DNA of 64,000 bases from Candidatus Babelota bacterium (GTDB lineage Bacteria; Babelota; Babeliae; Babelales; JACPOV01), in contig JAKJAQ010000005.1 in NCBI GenBank assembly GCA_022707425.1, forward strand, positions 10,988-74,987. The letters are read 5' to 3'. The position numbers and the translations under genes are program-made. Below the pieces are notes generated by a model. That model was not told the DNA's origin. It searched no databases and was given only the letters and a program-made list of their open reading frames with translations. Shown piece after piece: positions 37,428-46,209 of this stretch (position 1 is the first letter of the stretch; every line of letters starts with the position of its first letter).

Positions 37428-38729
37428 ATGAACATCTCAATTTTGACCGTTTTCCCTGAGTTGTACGAACCTTTTTTGAAAACAAGCTTAATTGGTCGTG
37501 CAGTCCTGCAGGGAACTGTGTCATTTGATCTCACCAGTTTTTTTTCATATTCTCCCCCAAAACAGCGCATTGATGCGCGGGCTTTTGGTCATGGTGCAGG
37601 TATGGTAATGCGTCCTGAAATTGTGGGTGCGGCAATTGAAGATAAAGAAAAAGTGCATGGCAAAGCCTTTAAAATCTTTTTTTCGCCGCAAGGTAGAAAA
37701 CTCACACAACCTGTTCTTAAAGAGATTGCTGACCGGGTTTTGCAAGCCAATAACCACCTCATGATTGTTTCTAGCCGTTATGAGGGCATGGATGACCGCA
37801 TTGAACAAAATTATGCTGATTTGACCATTTCTATAGGCGATTTTGTGCTTATGGGTGGTGATGTCCCAGCAATGGTATTGCTCGAAGGTCTTTTGCGGCT
37901 TATTCCTGGAGTAGTGGGCAAAGCAGAATCAGTTGAATATGAATCGTTTAATGGACCGTTTGTAGATTTTCCTACCTACACCACTCCCGTTATATGGAAT
38001 GGGTGGGAGGTGCCACCGGTGCTACGTTCAGGAAACCATGCGGCTATAAACAAGTGGCGCGAAGATCAAGCGATTGAAAAAACGGTAAAACACCATTTTG
38101 AGTGGGTGCGGTCATATGCACTTTCGGCTCAACAAAAAAAACAAGCAGCGGAGCGCATTCCGCCGCATTATTGTGTGCTTATGCATAGTAATGTAATGTT
38201 ACCAAATGGTGAGGTGGGTACTACTTCGGTGACTTCAATGGATATTCATGACATTGCTCGTTCAGCGCGCACCTATGGGCTGAAAAACTACTTCATAGTA
38301 ACTGAGCTTGAAGACCAAACACGAGTGGTACAAACACTGCTTGATTTTTGGCAAACCGGTTACGGCATTGAATACAATAAAAACAGGCATGAGGCGGTGA
38401 AACGAGTAAGTCTGAAAAAAACGTTTGATGAGGTGGTTGAAGCCATTAAAGAACGTGAAGGTGTCGCACCGATTGTTCTTGCGACTTCTGCAAAAACAGG
38501 AAGTGCACAATCTATTACCTATTTTGATCAGGAAAGAGTATGGAGTCATAAAAAACCAGTTCTTTTTGTACTTGGTACTGGTAAAGGATTGAGTCCTGAA
38601 CTGATGAACCGTGCTGATTATGTGCTTGAACCAGTTGAAGGATTTACCGACTTTAATCATTTATCGGTAAGAACCGCAGCGGGTGTTATTTTTGACCGTT
38701 GGTTGGGGTTGCAGCACAAAGCACGTTAA
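37428..38729 (+). CDS. trmD: tRNA (guanine37-N1)-methyltransferase TrmD fused to a C-terminal second SPOUT-like domain
   Basis: Residues 1 to about 240 are TrmD (ILTVFPELYEPFL, GHGAGMVMRPE, SSRYEGMDDR, ISIGDFVLMGGDVPAMVLLEG..RL.PGV, LRSGNHAAI.KWR). Residues from about 245 to 433 are an extra domain ending in VLFVLGTGKGLSPELM...NHLSVRTAAGVIFDRW, which resembles a SpoU/TrmH knot. Confidence 0.9.
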   Translation: MNISILTVFPELYEPFLKTSLIGRAVLQGTVSFDLTSFFSYSPPKQRIDARAFGHGAGMVMRPEIVGAAIEDKEKVHGKAFKIFFSPQGRKLTQPVLKEIADRVLQANNHLMIVSSRYEGMDDRIEQNYADLTISIGDFVLMGGDVPAMVLLEGLLRLIPGVVGKAESVEYESFNGPFVDFPTYTTPVIWNGWEVPPVLRSGNHAAINKWREDQAIEKTVKHHFEWVRSYALSAQQKKQAAERIPPHYCVLMHSNVMLPNGEVGTTSVTSMDIHDIARSARTYGLKNYFIVTELEDQTRVVQTLLDFWQTGYGIEYNKNRHEAVKRVSLKKTFDEVVEAIKEREGVAPIVLATSAKTGSAQSITYFDQERVWSHKKPVLFVLGTGKGLSPELMNRADYVLEPVEGFTDFNHLSVRTAAGVIFDRWLGLQHKAR

Positions 38730-38811
38730 GATTGAAGTTGGCAGAGACTCTTTTTTGGTTTATAATAAAAAAACTACGTAAAAATAACTGAAATTGGCTA
38801 AGGAATGTCTC

Positions 38812-39216
38812 ATGAAAGCAAAAACATACACCCGTGAAACAATTCGTGATCTTGGCGTGACCGAACGTAATTTTCCAAAATTTGGTATCGGTGACACGAT
38901 CATAATCTCCCAACGCATTAAAGAGGGCGATAAAGAACGTTTACAAACGTTTGAAGGCGACATTATTGCAATGCGTGCAAATGGTGCAGCATCAACCTTT
39001 ACGATTCGTAAAATTGGTGCCAATTCAGTTTCTGTCGAAAAAATTATTCCGTATTATTCACCGTTATTAGAATCAATCAAATTTGTGCGTCAAGGTAAAG
39101 CTCGCCGCGCAAAATTGTTCTACATGAGAAAACGTGTTGGTAAAGCAGCTCGTGTTGAAGAAGACATTGTTTCAAAAGCAAATGAAAACAAATCACGAAC
39201 CAAGAGTGTTCGCTAA
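38812..39216 (+). CDS. rplS: 50S ribosomal protein L19
   Basis: FGIGDTIIISQRIKEGDKERLQTFEGDIIAMR..G...TFT.RKI..GV.VEK..P..SP.. is L19-like. The ATG at 38812 follows AAGGA. Confidence 0.9.
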   Translation: MKAKTYTRETIRDLGVTERNFPKFGIGDTIIISQRIKEGDKERLQTFEGDIIAMRANGAASTFTIRKIGANSVSVEKIIPYYSPLLESIKFVRQGKARRAKLFYMRKRVGKAARVEEDIVSKANENKSRTKSVR

Positions 39217-39241
39217 TTGCTTCAATTCTTTAGCAAGCGGT

Positions 39242-39670
39242 TTGAGTTTTGTACGTTTAGGTTTTGCGTGCATATGTTTAGCTCTTCTTCTTTTACCTGC
39301 TTGCAATAAGCGGCAACTACTCAAGAAAAATGAACTGATTGAAGTGCATGAAGCACGTTTGTTTGATGTGCCATTTTATATAGGTGCTTTTGATAATGTT
39401 TCATTGCATGATCAAGATGGCACTGAACAGATAACGTACTTCGCTCGTGCAACGAGTTCAGAGATACGTTATTTTTTTTGTCAGGAAATGGAACGACTTG
39501 GATGGCTTAATGTTGTGGAGTTTACCGGTCCTGAGCAGATTCTTGTTTTTAAAAAACCGTCTTCCTGGTCTGTAGTAACGATAGAGAAGCAGAGTTCCAA
39601 CATGGTGCATGTTAAAATTATGTTGAAACGATTAAATACTCAACTGGACGATGCACACGGTGAAGACTAA
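39242..39670 (+). CDS. Hypothetical lipoprotein
   Basis: A TTG start gives MSFVRLGFACICLALLLLPAC, with lipobox LLPAC. The longer ORF-track version (from 39134) would overlap rplS. The start is uncertain. Confidence 0.45.
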   Translation: MSFVRLGFACICLALLLLPACNKRQLLKKNELIEVHEARLFDVPFYIGAFDNVSLHDQDGTEQITYFARATSSEIRYFFCQEMERLGWLNVVEFTGPEQILVFKKPSSWSVVTIEKQSSNMVHVKIMLKRLNTQLDDAHGED

Positions 39671-39679
39671 TTATTATTT

Positions 39680-40120
39680 CTATTTCATTCCGTCATCTTC
39701 AATCAAATGTTTTACTTCGTTGCGTTTCAGCTGACGCTTTTCCTTGCTTGCCTCGCGCAATTCTTTTTGTAAATCGGCTACATCTAATTTAAGATTTCGT
39801 AACTCGCTATTCAATTTTTGATTTTCTTTAAGTAAGCGTCTGTTGTCTTGTTGCAAATCTGCAATTTCGTCATCTTTGCGGGCGAGTGTACGTTCAAGAT
39901 TATTAACGCGTGAAGCTGATGCACCATTGTCGGTATAGACAACTTCTCGCACCGTTGTTCTTTCGCGCGGAGCAGTTGAGCGGCCGATCATATAACCAAT
40001 ACCACCACCAATAAGTCCCGAAGTCGCACCGCTGCCTGCATTGAGTGAGCAGGCGGCTATCATGAATACCGAAAGAATATATAAAATCTGTCTTTTCATG
40101 GTTTTATTCCTTTTTTTCAA
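39680..40120 (-). CDS. Hypothetical lipoprotein with a glycine-zipper and coiled-coil region
   Basis: MKRQILYILSVFMIAAC lipobox (alternative start at 40099), a GLIGGGIGYMIG segment, then an E/K/L-rich heptad region. Confidence 0.5.
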   Translation of the reverse strand: MKKRNKTMKRQILYILSVFMIAACSLNAGSGATSGLIGGGIGYMIGRSTAPRERTTVREVVYTDNGASASRVNNLERTLARKDDEIADLQQDNRRLLKENQKLNSELRNLKLDVADLQKELREASKEKRQLKRNEVKHLIEDDGMK

Positions 40121-40192
40121 GAAAAAATAGGATTATATTTTTATTGTACAGTATTTCTATTAGAAAATTCAATAAATGTGCGTTTTGCAAAA

Positions 40193-40238
40193 AGAAAAAA
40201 CGGCGCTTTCAATAAATATGAGTGCGCCGTTTTTTTTA
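40193..40238. terminator. Bidirectional hairpin terminator downstream of the HDAC-family gene
   Basis: Stem AACGGCGC / GCGCCGTT with a 17-nt loop, flanked by an A-run upstream and TTTTTTT downstream, so a T-tract follows it on either strand. Confidence 0.5.
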
Positions 40239-40251
40239 AAATTACGATAAA

Positions 40252-41511
40252 TTATTTCGAGTGTTTGTTTTCAAGATTTCTGATTAAATGATTGTTGTAC
40301 AAATTCACAATCGATTCACCAATTATTTGTGCGCTTTCTTTTGAATAACCACCTGAAGTTGTCATCACAAGCGGAATATTTTGTTTTTGTGCAAATCTAA
40401 AAACCATTTCATCACGTTGTATGATGCCAGCTTTAGTGAGATTCATGCGACCGAGTGCGTCACCTTCATACGGATCAGTACCAGCATTGTACACAATTAA
40501 ATCTGGTTGCCTATTAAATTTTTCACGTCCTGGAAGTTTATCGAGAGCAGTTTCAAGGCTGGTTAAATATTTGCTTCGACATTGATCGCATTTTTCGCGT
40601 TTAATGTAACGGTTTGCAGCGTTTGTTCTACATTTGTCACTGCAATAAATGTGGTATGATGTTAAAGAATTATCGATTGCATTCTCATCGGGCTTGATCT
40701 TAAATGGATAATTATTTTCATTGTAGCAATCAAGAATGAATATATTGTTATCACCAACGTAATATGAAGCAAAACCATTGCCGCGATGCGCATCAAGGTC
40801 AATATAGAGGACTTTCAAAGTAGGAATTTTTTCACGCAATTTGGTTATTGCAAGTGGCATATCAGAATAGACACAAAATCCTTCACCATACGTTCGCTTT
40901 GCATGGTGATAACCACCACCCAAATTTATTGCTGCCGTTTTATTATTAAGTGCATATTCTGCTGCATCGATGGTGCCCTGCGTTGCCAATCTCATTGGAC
41001 TCAATATATTTCTTTGTATGAGGAAGTTTGGCAATAAGCTCAATAAGGGAATACCAGTAATGCCTGCAACCACTCTTGAATTCAATCCAGTCAAATATTT
41101 TTCAGTATGTACTTTCAATAAATCTTGTTTTGACACTTCGGAAGCGGGTGCTCTAAAATGATTGTCACTTAAGTTTAATTGATTTTTAATTAATGCGTGT
41201 GCACCTTCATATTTTGTTGAATCGAATGGATGGATAGGAAGTTTTTCTATACCAAACATGCGAATGTTATAATTATCATGATAAAAAACTGGTAACTTTT
41301 GAGCATCTGCTACCGGTTTTTGTAACCATTTGTATGTTGCATTATATGCAGTTTTGCCAACCAGATACGTTCCAACGGTTGCTGCAATTATTGTTTTTGT
41401 GCTCCATTGTGTTGGATTAACTAGTTGCCAATCAACACTGTGCACTGGTTGGTGATATGAGGTTAGGGAAAAAAATAAGCACAGGGATAAGAGTATATTT
41501 TTTTGTTTCAT
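40252..41511 (-). CDS. Histone-deacetylase-superfamily enzyme, class IV (HDAC11-like), with an N-terminal signal/anchor region
   Basis: LPIHPFDSTKY, GGGYHHAKRTYGEGFCVYSD, YIDLDAHRGNG, YNAGTDPYEGD.LG and TTSGGY together give a complete catalytic signature. The N-terminus MKQKNILLSLCLFFSLTSY looks like a signal peptide. Confidence 0.85.
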   Translation of the reverse strand: MKQKNILLSLCLFFSLTSYHQPVHSVDWQLVNPTQWSTKTIIAATVGTYLVGKTAYNATYKWLQKPVADAQKLPVFYHDNYNIRMFGIEKLPIHPFDSTKYEGAHALIKNQLNLSDNHFRAPASEVSKQDLLKVHTEKYLTGLNSRVVAGITGIPLLSLLPNFLIQRNILSPMRLATQGTIDAAEYALNNKTAAINLGGGYHHAKRTYGEGFCVYSDMPLAITKLREKIPTLKVLYIDLDAHRGNGFASYYVGDNNIFILDCYNENNYPFKIKPDENAIDNSLTSYHIYCSDKCRTNAANRYIKREKCDQCRSKYLTSLETALDKLPGREKFNRQPDLIVYNAGTDPYEGDALGRMNLTKAGIIQRDEMVFRFAQKQNIPLVMTTSGGYSKESAQIIGESIVNLYNNHLIRNLENKHSK

Positions 41512-42953
41512 GCTGATTCCTCAACGTGATTTTTTTTATTTTTATTGGTATTCATTGATGAGTGTAGAGTAGTTGATTTTGTTTGCAATAGATCGGCGAG
41601 TTTATTAATTTTTCCTGCACCTTGAAGTAATATCAAATCATCAGGTTCTGTAATTGTTTCAAGAATTCGTGTTATTGATGCAAAATGTTCATCAAGCGGA
41701 GCATAATACAGTTCAAATCGTGGATTGCGTTGCGCAAGCGCTTTAACTAAATTAGCGCTCGTAATTTCAGGAATCGGATCTTCGCATGCAGCATGAATAT
41801 CAGTAATAATAAGTGCATTAATGGGACTATCGATTAATATTTGCACAAACCAATCCCACAATTTGTGTGTACGCGTAAAGCGATGCGGTTGAAAAACTAA
41901 AATGAGTTTGTTTTTTGTTCGTTTGCGTGCAACAAGCAGCGTATTGCGAATTTCTTCTGGGTGGTGGCCGTAATCATCAAAAATTTCAGCACCTAAAAAG
42001 GTGCCATGATAACTAAAGCGTCGCTCAATACCTTTAAATGAAGAAAGTGCCTGTGCGATCGTAGCAAATGGAATTTCTAAATGCAAAGCAAGAGCAGTTG
42101 CTCCAAGTGCATTAAGTACATTGTGCCGGCCGGGCATGTTAATTTGAATGGTACCAAGCGGCTGTTGCTGGTTTTTTGTGCACACATCAAAATGTGAAGA
42201 ATCAACATCGAGTAGAACATTGTGTGCATAGATATCTGCCGAATCATCAAATCCATATTTTACTGTTTTTAAGTGTGGAAGCGGTAAAATTGAGCGCGTA
42301 TGTGGATCATCGGTGCATAAAATTGCACAACCATAAAATGGTAAATTATTGAGAAATTGTTTGTACGTATCTTTAATGTCATCAATATCACGGTACGTTT
42401 CAAGATGTTCAAGATCAATATTAGTGACTAATGCAATTGTTGCATGAAGATGTAAAAATGAGCGATCGCTATCATCAGCTTCCGCAACTAAAAAATCACC
42501 ACTGCCCCAGCGAGCGTTAGCAGAAATGTTTTTTAAGTGGCCACCAATAATCACCGTTGGATCCATTTTTGCTTCAATCAGAATATGCGAAATGAGTGAA
42601 GTAGTAGTAGTTTTTCCATGTGCTCCAGTAATTGCAATGCTGTATTTCGTGCGCATTAATTCTGCAAGCATGAGTGCACGACGAATGGTTGGAATGCCAC
42701 GTTTCTGCGCAGCAACTAATTCAGGATGATCAAGTCTAATCATTGTTGAATACACTACCACATCAATTGAAGAATCATGGCAACCGTGAGAGTTGTTTCC
42801 TTGAAATACGGTGCACCCGCTTGCTTGGAGGTCAATAACACTTTGTTGCTGCAAATCATTATCACAACCGGAAATGATGTAACCTTGATTTTTCAAAATT
42901 TGAGCAATCCCGCTCATGCCAATGCCACCAATTCCAACAAAATGAATGTGCAT
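41508..42953 (-). CDS. murC: UDP-N-acetylmuramate--L-alanine ligase
   Basis: MHIHFVGIGGIGMSGIAQIL, ITGAHGKTTTTS, and Mur ligase middle and C-terminal domain blocks. The start could instead be the upstream Met at 42971. Confidence 0.93.
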   Translation of the reverse strand: MHIHFVGIGGIGMSGIAQILKNQGYIISGCDNDLQQQSVIDLQASGCTVFQGNNSHGCHDSSIDVVVYSTMIRLDHPELVAAQKRGIPTIRRALMLAELMRTKYSIAITGAHGKTTTTSLISHILIEAKMDPTVIIGGHLKNISANARWGSGDFLVAEADDSDRSFLHLHATIALVTNIDLEHLETYRDIDDIKDTYKQFLNNLPFYGCAILCTDDPHTRSILPLPHLKTVKYGFDDSADIYAHNVLLDVDSSHFDVCTKNQQQPLGTIQINMPGRHNVLNALGATALALHLEIPFATIAQALSSFKGIERRFSYHGTFLGAEIFDDYGHHPEEIRNTLLVARKRTKNKLILVFQPHRFTRTHKLWDWFVQILIDSPINALIITDIHAACEDPIPEITSANLVKALAQRNPRFELYYAPLDEHFASITRILETITEPDDLILLQGAGKINKLADLLQTKSTTLHSSMNTNKNKKNHVEESA

Positions 42954-43029
42954 TTTTTTTCGACGATACATTACGATCCTTCATGTTGATGTCTATGCGT
43001 GAAATTAATGTATCAAAAAAATAATGAGA

Positions 43030-43359
43030 TCAATATAATTTCCCACCATTGGGCACTTCATTGATGGGCATCAAGAGCGTTGGTTGTTTATCTTCATTTG
43101 GTACACCCAGTGTTAATACCTCCGAAATAAATGGACCAATCTGTTTTGGTGCAAAATTAACGACGGCGATTATTTGTTTACCCAGCAATAATTCTTTCGT
43201 GTACTGCGTAATTTGGGCCGACGATTTTTTGATGCCAATTGTTAGACCAAAATCAATTGTGAGTTTGTATGCCGGTTTGCGAGCTTCAGGAAAATCGTCG
43301 ACTGCAATAATAGTACCAACACGAATATCAACTTGTTCAAAATCGTGATACGAAATCAT
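43030..43359 (-). CDS. tRNA-binding domain protein (CsaA/Trbp111-like)
   Basis: FEQVDIRVGTIIAVDDFPEARKPAYKLTIDFG....KKSSAQIT..Y....L.GKQIIAVVNF.PK.IG...SEVL.LG. I trimmed the ORF to the Met that ends its overlap with the symporter gene. Confidence 0.8.
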   Translation of the reverse strand: MISYHDFEQVDIRVGTIIAVDDFPEARKPAYKLTIDFGLTIGIKKSSAQITQYTKELLLGKQIIAVVNFAPKQIGPFISEVLTLGVPNEDKQPTLLMPINEVPNGGKLY

Positions 43360-43370
43360 ACCAATTCCTT

Positions 43371-44783
43371 TTATGCAGCGCGACGCGATGAGGTAAAAAA
43401 CGAAACAATAAAAATCAGTGCTAATCCCACGACAAAACCGGGGGCAAGTGGCATGATGTTCAACTGAAGATGTGGCCATACAATACCAAAAGCACCACCA
43501 AAGAGCATGGCACAAATTGCACCATATTGGTTTACCTTTTTTAAATATAATGCTGAAATTACCGTTGGTGCAAAAGCAAGGCCAAGGCCTGACCATGCAT
43601 AGGTTACTAAATCGTTAATGGTGCTTGTGCTGTTGCGTGCAATAACGTAGGCAATAAGAGGTAAAAACACAACGCACGCGCGAATAATAAAAAGCGAAGC
43701 ATTGGCACTTAACGGACGCTTGATAATTCGTTTAATAAAATCTTCAGAAATGTTTGATGCAGTTGCCAAAATCTGTGCGGTCATAACTGACATGGTTGCA
43801 GCAACAATCGCGCACAAAACTAATCCTGCAAAAAGTGGATGAAACAGTTCTTTTACCATTTCAATATAAACTAATTCTCGGTTTGCAAGCGGTGTTGCAA
43901 AAAATTGAGTACCAAGCCAGCCAATAATTGTTGCCGCAGTCAAAACAATGATTTGCCACGTAATACCAATATATTTTGCCTGATTAATTTTTTCCGGTTC
44001 TTTAATGCCCATGAAATTAATTAAAATGTGTGGAGAACCAAAATAACCAAGCCCCCAACCGGTTGATAAAATGAGTATTTGGCTAAGCGTTGCATATGAA
44101 AAATCTGGTACCACCTGTGTTGTAAGCCATGAAAGAGAAAATGTTGAACTTGTTCCAAGATGCATCCAAGCGAACAAGGGAACAATGCAAATCATTACCA
44201 CTAAAAACAGGCCACGGAACATGTCTCCCCAGGCAACAGCAACGAAACCGCCAACTAAAATGTTAATCACAACAATTAATATGCTGATTGCAACGCCATA
44301 ATCATAACTAATGCCAAAGGTGGATTGAAAAAGGCGCCCAAGGCCAATGAGGCCGGCAGCAATATAATAACTTAAAAAATAGAGCGTAAAAAAGACGGTC
44401 ATGAGGCGCAATAATCCTGAACTATCTTCAAAGCGTCGTTCAAAAAATGAAGCGAGTGTAACGCTGTGATATTTTTCCGTTTCAATGCGTAATCGCGGAG
44501 CAATAAAGTGCCAATTAAGAAACATGAAAACAACTAAACCAACTGCAACCCAACCATAAAAAAGGCCGCAACCATAAATGAGCCCAGGATAGCCCATGAA
44601 CAACCAATCGCTCATGTCGCTTGCTTGTGCGGCGATTGCAGCCACCCAATAACTCACTGAACGATTTGCTAAAATAAATGCACCAGCATTACGATTTTTG
44701 CGGTAAAAATAAAGACTCACCCCAAAGAAAAAGGCAAAGTACGCTATAAATGAAATCAGATAGTAACTATTCATATGATACAA
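43371..44783 (-). CDS. Sodium:solute symporter family transporter (PutP/PanF-like)
   Basis: About 13 predicted TM segments. The N-terminal FILANRSVSYWVAAIAAQASDMSDWLFMGYPGLIY is a typical SSF signature. Confidence 0.8.
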   Translation of the reverse strand: MYHMNSYYLISFIAYFAFFFGVSLYFYRKNRNAGAFILANRSVSYWVAAIAAQASDMSDWLFMGYPGLIYGCGLFYGWVAVGLVVFMFLNWHFIAPRLRIETEKYHSVTLASFFERRFEDSSGLLRLMTVFFTLYFLSYYIAAGLIGLGRLFQSTFGISYDYGVAISILIVVINILVGGFVAVAWGDMFRGLFLVVMICIVPLFAWMHLGTSSTFSLSWLTTQVVPDFSYATLSQILILSTGWGLGYFGSPHILINFMGIKEPEKINQAKYIGITWQIIVLTAATIIGWLGTQFFATPLANRELVYIEMVKELFHPLFAGLVLCAIVAATMSVMTAQILATASNISEDFIKRIIKRPLSANASLFIIRACVVFLPLIAYVIARNSTSTINDLVTYAWSGLGLAFAPTVISALYLKKVNQYGAICAMLFGGAFGIVWPHLQLNIMPLAPGFVVGLALIFIVSFFTSSRRAA

Positions 44784-44852
44784 TCCTTAAAAAGATCGCT
44801 GATAAATAATTTTTTTTGAAAATAACTTGTGGGAACGATTAAGGTAAAGAAA

Positions 44853-44873
44853 ATAATCGAATTATTCGATTAT
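44853..44873. promoter_or_regulatory. Perfect 21-bp palindrome in the divergent intergenic region (candidate operator)
   Basis: ATAATCGAAT-T-ATTCGATTAT, i.e. 10-bp arms with a 1-nt spacer, about 70-90 nt upstream of the symporter start. A GC palindrome CCCCGCGGGG lies at 44887-44896. Confidence 0.35.
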
Positions 44874-45078
44874 AAAATAGTTTATACCCCGCGGGGCAAG
44901 GAATACAGAAAATAGAAAAAGCGTTTTTGATGAAACATACATTTTACCACTATGAATTGTTTATTCAAAAAGATATCGATAATAGCAAATTCTGTCAAAT
45001 TGCGTTTATTCTCATCGGTAAAAAACGCTGATACACTACAGAAAGTTTATAGTTCAAATGTAATTTAAAGGTTTTTCT

Positions 45079-45627
45079 GTGAAGATCAAAAAATATTATT
45101 GTTTATTTCTTTTCAGTTCACTCATGTATGGAATGGAAACTTCAAACATTCAGCTGGATGAATTTAACTCAATTCTGTTGAATGATATTAAGTTGATGCT
45201 TCAGCGTGACAAGCATTCAATTGACAATTTGACTAATTACGATTCATTAATAACCAATATTTGCAAAGGAAATACTACCGAGTTTCAAGTGTTTCGAACG
45301 GTAGAATTTAAAACTCGGACGCTCACAAAGCCTGAACTTGTAGGATTTATTCATTATCTTACGGTTAAAAATAGTTTTCTGTGTATCGAATCTGATAAAA
45401 TTACTTATATCAAAGCATTAATTATAAAGCAAAATGAACGACGCAACGGACATGGAACATTTTTGCTGCAATCAATGTTACGTGACATTGACCCTCAGGT
45501 TAATGAAGTTCATGTACGGATTGCTCATGATAATAAGGCGGCGCAAAAATTATTTGAGCGAAACAATTTTAAACATTGTGCGTACAATGGTAATTATAAC
45601 GATTATTGCTTGAGGATAGAAAACTAA
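45079..45627 (+). CDS. GNAT-family N-acetyltransferase with a hydrophobic N-terminus
   Basis: The acetyl-CoA motif RRNGHGTFLLQSML and the C-terminal NKAAQKLFERNNFKH. The N-terminus MKIKKYYCLFLFSSLMYG looks like a signal peptide. GTG start. Confidence 0.7.
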   Translation: MKIKKYYCLFLFSSLMYGMETSNIQLDEFNSILLNDIKLMLQRDKHSIDNLTNYDSLITNICKGNTTEFQVFRTVEFKTRTLTKPELVGFIHYLTVKNSFLCIESDKITYIKALIIKQNERRNGHGTFLLQSMLRDIDPQVNEVHVRIAHDNKAAQKLFERNNFKHCAYNGNYNDYCLRIEN

Positions 45628-45639
45628 AAAGGGGATATT

Positions 45640-46209
45640 ATGGAATTGGGAGCAATGTTATTACCAGCATTTATGTTGCAAATGTTGGGTGAAGAGCCGC
45701 CACAAAAATCGATCAATAAAACAAAATCAGAGATTATTGCAACTACGCAAATCGACTATATGAAATTCGATATCATGCGGGGAAAAAAAATAAAAGATAA
45801 GCGTGAAGATTGGATGACTGAAGATATTGGATTGGTAACATCGGCCAGTAAGCATCGAATATTATTGCTTAATAATAAAAAATGTGGTTTTGCCCGTTAT
45901 CGAACCATTCAATCGAGCAACCGTCTTGGCAGTTATGCATTCGTAGATAGATTTTGTATTGCATTTTGGCATTGCAAGGATAAAGAAGAAATAAATACTA
46001 CCTATGAAGCATTGTATCAGGCAATTCGCAAAGATTTAAAATTCCCTCGTTCGGTTGAACTTATTATTCCACAGACAGATGTCCTTACTCAAAATTGGTG
46101 CCGAGCCCGTGGATTTAAAAAAATGTATAAATATAATGAGAAGCCATTAGTCAGTTATCTTATGTCATTTCGTAATTCTGCATGTATAGATGACTCAGAA
46201 AGTGACTGA
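45640..46209 (+). CDS. Hypothetical protein, possibly a degenerate GNAT fold
   Basis: Only the C-terminal NWCRARGFKK and the overall size resemble a GNAT; no Q/RxxGxG/A motif is visible. The 3' end overlaps the convergent cryptochrome-like gene by 55 nt. Confidence 0.35.
   Translation: MELGAMLLPAFMLQMLGEEPPQKSINKTKSEIIATTQIDYMKFDIMRGKKIKDKREDWMTEDIGLVTSASKHRILLLNNKKCGFARYRTIQSSNRLGSYAFVDRFCIAFWHCKDKEEINTTYEALYQAIRKDLKFPRSVELIIPQTDVLTQNWCRARGFKKMYKYNEKPLVSYLMSFRNSACIDDSESD

Noticed and set aside
43360-43596. An N-terminal 79-aa extension of the CsaA-like ORF
   Set aside because: It would overlap the 3' end of the symporter gene by more than 200 nt on the same strand. The conserved tRNA-binding domain begins at the internal Met at 43359.
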